64,000 nucleotides of DNA from Leptolyngbyaceae cyanobacterium (lineage in GTDB: Bacteria; Cyanobacteriota; Cyanobacteriia; Phormidesmidales; Phormidesmidaceae), in NCBI GenBank assembly GCA_965263355.1, contig CBDHHL010000026.1:1-64000 (forward strand), read 5' to 3'. Below the pieces are notes generated by a model that saw only the letters and a list, made by a program, of their open reading frames with translations, was not told where the DNA came from and made no database searches. The number at the start of each line of letters is the position of its first letter. The first letter of the stretch is position 1. Of this stretch, positions 57,962-64,000 are shown piece after piece. Both the position numbers and the translations under genes were made by a program.

Positions 57962-59641
57962 CTATACGGCCACAAATTCCGGACAATGTCCATCAGGCGC
58001 TACCAATCTGCCAAACAACGGGGACTGCGGTTGCTGACAGCTGCGCTGTTGATAAAACTGGCAGTTATCACAGGCCACTCGATCAGGGGCTAATCGGTGG
58101 GTGATTTCTACCAATTCCCCTGGGTTGACGCCTCGCAATACCAAATTTTCACCCTGCCAACGGGCTTCAATAATGCCAGTTTCGGCAAAGTCTTGCCAAC
58201 GGGCATCCGCCGTAATGGTAGGCGGTAACTGGATAGATACTTGAGCGCGAGAATCACTAACCGTGCCCTCAAATGTGTGTTCACGGGGTGGGGGTGGAGA
58301 GGCAAACTCAGTATCTAAAAAGAGCGATAAAGAATTACCTGGCAGCGGAATATGTAACTGATAACGAGTCTGGAGCGATTCTAAATTTGCCAGATCACTT
58401 AGGTGCTCTAATTTTCCATGGACTAACACCACATGTCGTGGCCGCAAGTTATGAATCAGCTGGGTGGTGCCATCACCATCACAGTGACTGTAGAGCTGAT
58501 AAGTTTCTAGCTGGACAGTACCTGATGGGGTAGCATTCTTTAAGCTGTCAAACCAATCATAGACAGGGCCATAGATATTTAGCTCAGCTTGCCAGGACCT
58601 CAAATCACCCTGCTCTGGCAAAAAGACACTCCAGGCCCCACGATAGCATTGGCAGTAGAGATCAACCGGAGTCGCCGGATGGACTAACAATATAGCAGGG
58701 GCAGACACAGGCGCTACGTGAGGTGCCGTTGCTCTGACAGGCAAACGCTTAATCGTAGGATTGATCCGATCATCCCAAAAAATAGATTGATGCTGGGCAA
58801 AATTTTGTACATTGCGCGGGAAGGCATCGGGGTGCTCAGCTAAGAGGTCCAAATAGGCATCACAGCTACGGGCAAGGGCTGGATCGACCCAGATGGTTAA
58901 CGGCTGGCCCGTAAAATGATAATGGCTGCGCCATAGCATTAGTAACTCCTGACCCAGACCCAGCAAAGGTACCGGAAATACGACGCAACGTGATTGGTCT
59001 AGGTGCGATCGCAACCGCTCAATCAGTTGATTTTCCTGCTGTCGACGATTTGGGTAGCGCACTGCGCCCAGACTGCCCTCAACTATTAGGACATCCGGGT
59101 TCAAGCCCCGCAGCGCTGTAAGCGGCAGGCCATCCACCAACCGCGTACTGGAAAGGAAACAGTCCCCGGTGTAAAAAATCCGATAGGTTCGCTGGTCGTG
59201 GATGTAGGTAAATAAAATACAGGCCGCTCCTGGCAAATGCCCAGCTGGCCATAGCTCAACCGATAAGCTTGGCGCTACCTCAACGGTCATACGCCAGGGT
59301 AACGTTTGGATAGACTGAGCTAAGAACTGATCCCCCACCGCCAATAGAGCCGCTGTTGCTACAGTGGCATAAATCGGTACCTGCGGCCAACGTTGCTTCA
59401 CCAGAGGCAAGCTACGCCCATGCTCAAAATGAGCGTGGCTACAAAAAACAAAATCTGGTGGCGGACTATCGCCCAGGGGGGTTAAATCCTCTAAACCACA
59501 GTCCAACAACACTCGATAGGGACCAATAGCTAATCCTAAGCTAAGCCCTTCACGGGCATGGCCAACACCATAGGAGTAGCAGACGACAGTATTTCCATCG
59601 GCAACAGCAGATGCTCCCAGCGGTGGTAAAATACCCCCCAT
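57962..59641 (-). CDS. MBL-fold/beta-CASP hydrolase
   Basis: LLDCG, SHAHFEH, AGHLPGA, YTGD, LVHG; C-terminal Cys cluster. Confidence 0.85.
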   Translation of the reverse strand: MGGILPPLGASAVADGNTVVCYSYGVGHAREGLSLGLAIGPYRVLLDCGLEDLTPLGDSPPPDFVFCSHAHFEHGRSLPLVKQRWPQVPIYATVATAALLAVGDQFLAQSIQTLPWRMTVEVAPSLSVELWPAGHLPGAACILFTYIHDQRTYRIFYTGDCFLSSTRLVDGLPLTALRGLNPDVLIVEGSLGAVRYPNRRQQENQLIERLRSHLDQSRCVVFPVPLLGLGQELLMLWRSHYHFTGQPLTIWVDPALARSCDAYLDLLAEHPDAFPRNVQNFAQHQSIFWDDRINPTIKRLPVRATAPHVAPVSAPAILLVHPATPVDLYCQCYRGAWSVFLPEQGDLRSWQAELNIYGPVYDWFDSLKNATPSGTVQLETYQLYSHCDGDGTTQLIHNLRPRHVVLVHGKLEHLSDLANLESLQTRYQLHIPLPGNSLSLFLDTEFASPPPPREHTFEGTVSDSRAQVSIQLPPTITADARWQDFAETGIIEARWQGENLVLRGVNPGELVEITHRLAPDRVACDNCQFYQQRSCQQPQSPLFGRLVAPDGHCPEFVAV

Positions 59642-59686
59642 TCAGTCAGGCAAGCCCCTTTCAATCAGAAAAGGCATAAAAACTAA

Positions 59687-59809
59687 TTAATGGGCAGAGC
59701 CATTGCCATGGTAGTCGTCAGAGTCATAAAAGCCATTTTGAGTGCCAAAAAACAGGCACGCTGCCGAGAAAACAATGGCTAAGACGGGCAAAATTGCTTT
59801 AATATCCAC
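59687..59809 (-). CDS. ndhP: NDH-1L subunit NdhP
   Basis: GTG start; MDIKAILPVLAIVFSAACLFFGTQNGFYDSDDYHGNGSAH with the diagnostic FFGT.NGFYD...YHGNGSAH. Confidence 0.93.
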   Translation of the reverse strand: MDIKAILPVLAIVFSAACLFFGTQNGFYDSDDYHGNGSAH

Positions 59810-59959
59810 AGATGTTGATTCCTTAGTCGAGTTTTCCAGGCGATTGGTTTTAGCAATCGGTTGTCTAAATCCAATCGAGTTCTGATTGATCGTAGCAAGT
59901 TCATTCAGGAATGCAATCATAGTCCCTATGACTGTTATCAACTGCAACATTCCTTACCT

Positions 59960-60559
59960 GTGGTAACGCTAATTTCTGCTGACTGGTGCGATCGCACCCC
60001 TCTCCATGTCGCGCCTGACCTAATCGGTTGTACCCTCGTCCGTCAGCTGAATGACGAAACGTTACACGGTCTAATTGTCGAAACCGAAGCCTATGAGCAG
60101 GAAGACCCAGCCTGCCATGCTTATCGTGGCAAAACCCCTAGCAACACCGCCATGTTTGGTCCACCAGGACACAGCTACGTCTACTTTATTTACGGCATGT
60201 ACCATTGCTTCAACGTCGTTACCGAAGCAATCAACGTTGGCAGCGCCGTTTTGATTCGTGCTATTGAACTTCCCCAATTACCCCAGGGTATTGACATCAA
60301 GTACCAGAAGCAGGGTAACCGCATAGCCGCCGGTCCAGGAAAACTCTGTCGGACCTTGGCCATCGACCAGCAACAAAATGGCTTGGCCCTCAATCCTGAA
60401 AATCAGCTATGGCTTGAACATCGCACACCTGAGTTTCAGTCAAAACTTGATCAAGGTGAATACGCTCTGGTACAAACCACACGCATCGGTATTTCAAAAG
60501 CTACAGACCTGCCATGGCGCTGGTATCTAAAGGATCATCCCAGCGTTTCTAAACCCTAG
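59960..60559 (+). CDS. mpg: 3-methyladenine DNA glycosylase
   Basis: IVETEAY, YVYFIYGMY, AVLIRA, GPGKLC, TTRIGI; start uncertain. Confidence 0.93.
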   Translation: MVTLISADWCDRTPLHVAPDLIGCTLVRQLNDETLHGLIVETEAYEQEDPACHAYRGKTPSNTAMFGPPGHSYVYFIYGMYHCFNVVTEAINVGSAVLIRAIELPQLPQGIDIKYQKQGNRIAAGPGKLCRTLAIDQQQNGLALNPENQLWLEHRTPEFQSKLDQGEYALVQTTRIGISKATDLPWRWYLKDHPSVSKP

Positions 60560-60582
60560 GAATAGGATGGGCAATGCACACC

Positions 60583-61158
60583 CTACAGAACAATTTCTTT
60601 GCCACGATTAGTAAATTCAACCTGATTAACTTCCCAGGTTGAATTTTGGGTTAGGGTCTCTTCTAAGCCACCAAATAAGCCCTGCTGCTCACAGCTAGAT
60701 AAGGATAAAAATTGACGCTGAGAATCCTCGGCTAATCGCAGATCAACAACCGCCTTACTATCCTCTACATTGACCCGATATCCTGATAATTTAAATGCTT
60801 CAAACTTATGCCGTTCAAGTACTTCACCCACTGCCTCAGTGATCGCTTGGTCAGCGGGCACCTTGACTGATTCAGCCGTAAAATTGCTACAGGTGTCATC
60901 CATCACATAGATCGCAACAGACACCATTTCCTTATCTACTACAGCATTGTTAGGCTGCGTCTCAACCTTAGGGACATCCTCATCCGTGGCGTCGACAGGT
61001 TGATTAGGAGACGTGGTGGGCTCCTCCTTAATTTCCGCAGTCGGCTCTTCCAAGGTAGGTGATTCACCCACATCGGTAGGCGGCGAACCGTTACAGCTTG
61101 CCATGATCAACCCTACAGCCACAAATAAACCTAAGAATACTTTTGGGAACCGCACCAT
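60583..61158 (-). CDS. Lipoprotein (GerMN-like)
   Basis: MASC lipobox, AVVDLR, SLSSCEQ. Confidence 0.7.
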   Translation of the reverse strand: MVRFPKVFLGLFVAVGLIMASCNGSPPTDVGESPTLEEPTAEIKEEPTTSPNQPVDATDEDVPKVETQPNNAVVDKEMVSVAIYVMDDTCSNFTAESVKVPADQAITEAVGEVLERHKFEAFKLSGYRVNVEDSKAVVDLRLAEDSQRQFLSLSSCEQQGLFGGLEETLTQNSTWEVNQVEFTNRGKEIVL

Positions 61159-61325
61159 CGAATGAAATACTAAGTAAAGCGTTTGCTCATATCCTACAAA
61201 CTAGAGCGATGTTCTGTCCCTAAAGTGTGACAGTTTGCTAAAGCAATGTTTTGTCACTTGCCCTGTGACAGTTTGCTAACCTGAAAACGATCTAGCTCAG
61301 TAACTCACGTAACTTTGGTCTGCCT

Positions 61326-62345
61326 ATGGCCGACAATTCTTGGAGTCGTCGTCACATCATCTCCTTAGAAGACTTCACCCCCAACGACTATCAAACAATT
61401 CTACAAACGGCGACTAGTTTTCGTGAAGTCCTATCACGTCGCACCAAGAAGGTACCGGCACTACAGGGTCAGGTAATTACCCATTTGTTCTTTGAGCCCT
61501 CCACCCGCACCCGCAGTAGTTTTGAGTTAGCGGCTAAACGATTGTCTGCTGATATCCTTAACTTTTCGCCGGGTAGTTCATCCCTTAAAAAGGGAGAAAC
61601 CATTTTAGATACGGCAAAAACGTACTTAGCCATGGGAACTAACCTAATGGTTATTCGCCACCAACAGGCAGGTGTACCGACAATTATTGCCCAAGAAATG
61701 GACCGCATTAACTCAGGAGTAGGCATTCTCAATGCTGGTGACGGCCAACATGCCCATCCATCCCAAGCATTACTCGATTTATTTACCATCTGTAGCAGTT
61801 TCGATGAAGCTAATCCCCACATAAGCCATCTGCAAGGCAAAAAAGTAGCCATTATTGGCGATATTCTGCATTCTCGGGTAGCTCGATCTAATATTTGGAG
61901 CCTAACGGCCTGTGGTGCAGAGGTTCATCTGGCGGCTCCCCCCACATTACTACCCAAGCATTTTTTAGAGGCGTTTAACCAACCAGTGAAAACAGAGCCA
62001 TCCCAGAAAGCGAACATCAAACGTAAGCTCTATCTTCACTGGCATTTAAAGCCGGCATTAGAAAATGCTGATGTTGTCATGGCACTGCGGCTCCAGCATG
62101 AACGCATGAGCCAGCACTTATTGCCTAGCTTACGGGAATATCATCAGCAGTTTGGCATTACCCGTAAACGGTTAAACATCTGTCAACCAACTGTCAAAAT
62201 TATGCATCCTGGGCCGACCAATCGCGGTGTGGAGCTGACATCGGATCTGATGGATGATCCGCACCTAAGCCTCGTTCCGATGCAGGTGACTAGCGGTGTT
62301 GCAACTCGCATGGCCCTACTCTATTTAATTGGTGGGGTAAAATAA
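61326..62345 (+). CDS. pyrB: Aspartate carbamoyltransferase
   Basis: [35 protein letters not shown]. Confidence 0.98.
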   Translation: MADNSWSRRHIISLEDFTPNDYQTILQTATSFREVLSRRTKKVPALQGQVITHLFFEPSTRTRSSFELAAKRLSADILNFSPGSSSLKKGETILDTAKTYLAMGTNLMVIRHQQAGVPTIIAQEMDRINSGVGILNAGDGQHAHPSQALLDLFTICSSFDEANPHISHLQGKKVAIIGDILHSRVARSNIWSLTACGAEVHLAAPPTLLPKHFLEAFNQPVKTEPSQKANIKRKLYLHWHLKPALENADVVMALRLQHERMSQHLLPSLREYHQQFGITRKRLNICQPTVKIMHPGPTNRGVELTSDLMDDPHLSLVPMQVTSGVATRMALLYLIGGVK

Positions 62346-62350
62346 TTTTC

Positions 62351-62416
62351 TTCCATGTCCAGAACAGTCATTTTGCCGCTGAAGAATCTACAGGTTTCAA
62401 TTTGGCCGTGGTTTAG
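62351..62416 (+). repeat. Dispersed ~75-bp repeat, copy D
   Basis: TCCATGTCCAGAACAGTC...CTACAGGTTTCAATTTGGCCGTGGTTTAG. Confidence 0.75.
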
Positions 62417-62423
62417 CCCTTAT

Positions 62424-62684
62424 TTAATCTTCAGACGCCGTATCCTTCAAAAATTGGCGATAGCCAAATATGTTTGTATCTTCAGAAATTTGTTTGGCCG
62501 TATGAAACGTAAAATGCCGTTCTTTGCTGGATTCTTGCCAGGCTTTCTGTATTTTCTTTGATGGAAATGTTCCCTGGACAAACATTGTCATGATTTTGGC
62601 CCAACGTTCCTTAAGCCGATGGGTTTCCCCCACATACAGACGATATTTTCCAATATTAGCTACGGCAAAAATTCCAGAACTCAT
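62424..62684 (-). CDS. Small GIY-YIG-like hypothetical protein
   Basis: SGIF...LYVGET..LKERW. Confidence 0.6.
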   Translation of the reverse strand: MSSGIFAVANIGKYRLYVGETHRLKERWAKIMTMFVQGTFPSKKIQKAWQESSKERHFTFHTAKQISEDTNIFGYRQFLKDTASED

Positions 62685-62862
62685 GGTGGTTGCGATCCCG
62701 ATCCCCGAAGGCCCAGCCCCGACAGACTACTAGTCTACCTTGCAGTCAATTTTCCCTCAGAACTAGCCAAAGCACCAAGCTTATGATGTTTCGCAACTTT
62801 TGATGGACTATTTACAATAAATAACATCCATTTTCCGCATCTGTCGCGCACTAAACATAGCC

Positions 62863-63372
62863 ATGACCATAGGCCTGCCCTTTAACCTCAATGTTCAAAC
62901 CCAAGCCAATCAGGCTGATAACTTTGCTATCACCTTTGCCCCCTTATCCTTAGATGAGGTTTATCGCTTAGCGGATGATACCGCAAACGGTGCCATTGTT
63001 GTTATGAGTGGCATGGTGCGCAACAACACCGATGGCAAAGCAGTTGTTGCTTTGGAATATCAGGCCTATGAACCCATGGCCATAGCTGTTTTCAAACAAA
63101 TTGCTGCTGAGATTCGCCACAGATGGGCTGATGTCACCCATGTGGTCATTCACCATCGTACTGGCAAGCTGACAGTGGGAGAAATCAGCGTACTGGTTGC
63201 TATCGGATGCCCCCATCGCACAGAGGCATTTGATGCCTGTCAATATGCTATCGACACCCTCAAGCACAATGCACCCATTTGGAAAAAAGAGATTTGGCAG
63301 GATGGCTCAACCAGCTGGGTTAGTATTGGAGCCTGTGAGGAAGTAGATAATGCGGTTACAAAGGAGGTTTAA
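62863..63372 (+). CDS. moaE: Molybdopterin synthase catalytic subunit
   Basis: GMVRN, LEYQAY, HHRTG, PHR, IDTLK..APIWKKE. Confidence 0.96.
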   Translation: MTIGLPFNLNVQTQANQADNFAITFAPLSLDEVYRLADDTANGAIVVMSGMVRNNTDGKAVVALEYQAYEPMAIAVFKQIAAEIRHRWADVTHVVIHHRTGKLTVGEISVLVAIGCPHRTEAFDACQYAIDTLKHNAPIWKKEIWQDGSTSWVSIGACEEVDNAVTKEV

Positions 63373-63484
63373 AAGCTACTATGGCTTTTAGCGATTTCAA
63401 ATCCATTTCGGACGTACAAAAACGGTATAAAATTCGCTACACCGAACCCTTTTTTAGAATAGCTTTGTTACTCTAAGTTCTGGT

Positions 63485-63930
63485 ATGGAGAAGCTAGCGC
63501 TTGAGCACACTTCATTTCCCACTGATGTTCTGCTAGATCTCAAAATGGCAGGCTCTGTTTTATCGCGCTATGGCGCTAACCAAGTAATTCTCTACGGGTC
63601 TATGGCAAGAGGGACATATCGACCCGATTCAGATATTGACCTGTGTGTACGAGGTTTACCCAGAAGTATCTCAATATCGAGTTGCCCACTGGGAAATTCT
63701 CCCATCGAGATACCCTGAGACGGTTTGAGTCACTATTAACGGACAAGTCTCCACTAGACAACAAAACCACCATTGCAATCATTGCCAATTTAATGGCCTT
63801 TCGGCATGTTGTTACTAAGATATATGGCTTTCTCATTGATGCTGAGAAGCTCAATGCTGTTGTTAGAGATATTAACACCTATCATAGTGAACTTGAGAAA
63901 GTATTCCAAGACTCACTCAAAACTTTTTGA
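63485..63930 (+). pseudogene. MNT-HEPN toxin-antitoxin pair collapsed by an internal deletion
   Basis: MNT motif LYGSMARG...DSDIDL joined out of frame near 63660 to a HEPN C-terminus LMAFRHVVTKIYG. Confidence 0.75.
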
Positions 63931-64000
63931 ATATGTGGGTAGAAATGTCATGGCGCAACCTTAGCCTATATGACACAATTTTTATCCACAAATGTTTCAT

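Noticed and set aside
59810..59950. Long N-terminal extensions of ndhP and mpg
   Set aside because: They would overlap head-to-head across the divergent promoter; NdhP is about 40 aa.

Overview
Chromosomal segment from a cyanobacterium (frequent HIP1 GCGATCGC; ycf3, ndhP, hli). Zone 1 (1-22985) is a tandem integration hotspot at tRNA-Pro(GGG). Two 46-bp copies of the tRNA 3' half (1025-1070, 22940-22985) bound a ~22-kb island with no recognisable integrase. The island carries a broken ISAs1, an HTH-NB-ARC-WD40 protein, an IS5, two orphan DctP proteins plus a truncated HAMP sensor, a Roco protein, a VapBC45-like pair and Uma2. It also holds a GC-richer operon: RHH regulator / ParM-like actin / small partner / three membrane proteins / soluble FtsK with C-terminal winged helix. 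This operon is the best candidate for an undescribed relaxase-free DNA transfer or segregation system. Left of the first att are a partial TIR gene and a non-coding 42-bp tandem array. Zone 2 (~23000-41300) is a decaying metal/cobalamin region: Cbi/Nik ECF operon with a CsoR/InrS-type operator, HupE/UreJ-ABC-SBP operon, cobQ and cobN remnants, a relaxase-helicase remnant, an IS4, a Zur/Fur-boxed CxCxxC peptide, a DUF3299-NiCoT fusion, and an NtcA box + glutamine riboswitch + IF7-like small gene. Zone 3 (~41300-64000) is mostly core genes (alpha-amylase, SpoIIE partner switch, aroA, ycf3, gatC, ndhP, mpg, pyrB, moaE) with a dispersed ~75-bp repeat. All calls come from reading motifs by eye; no database searches were run.
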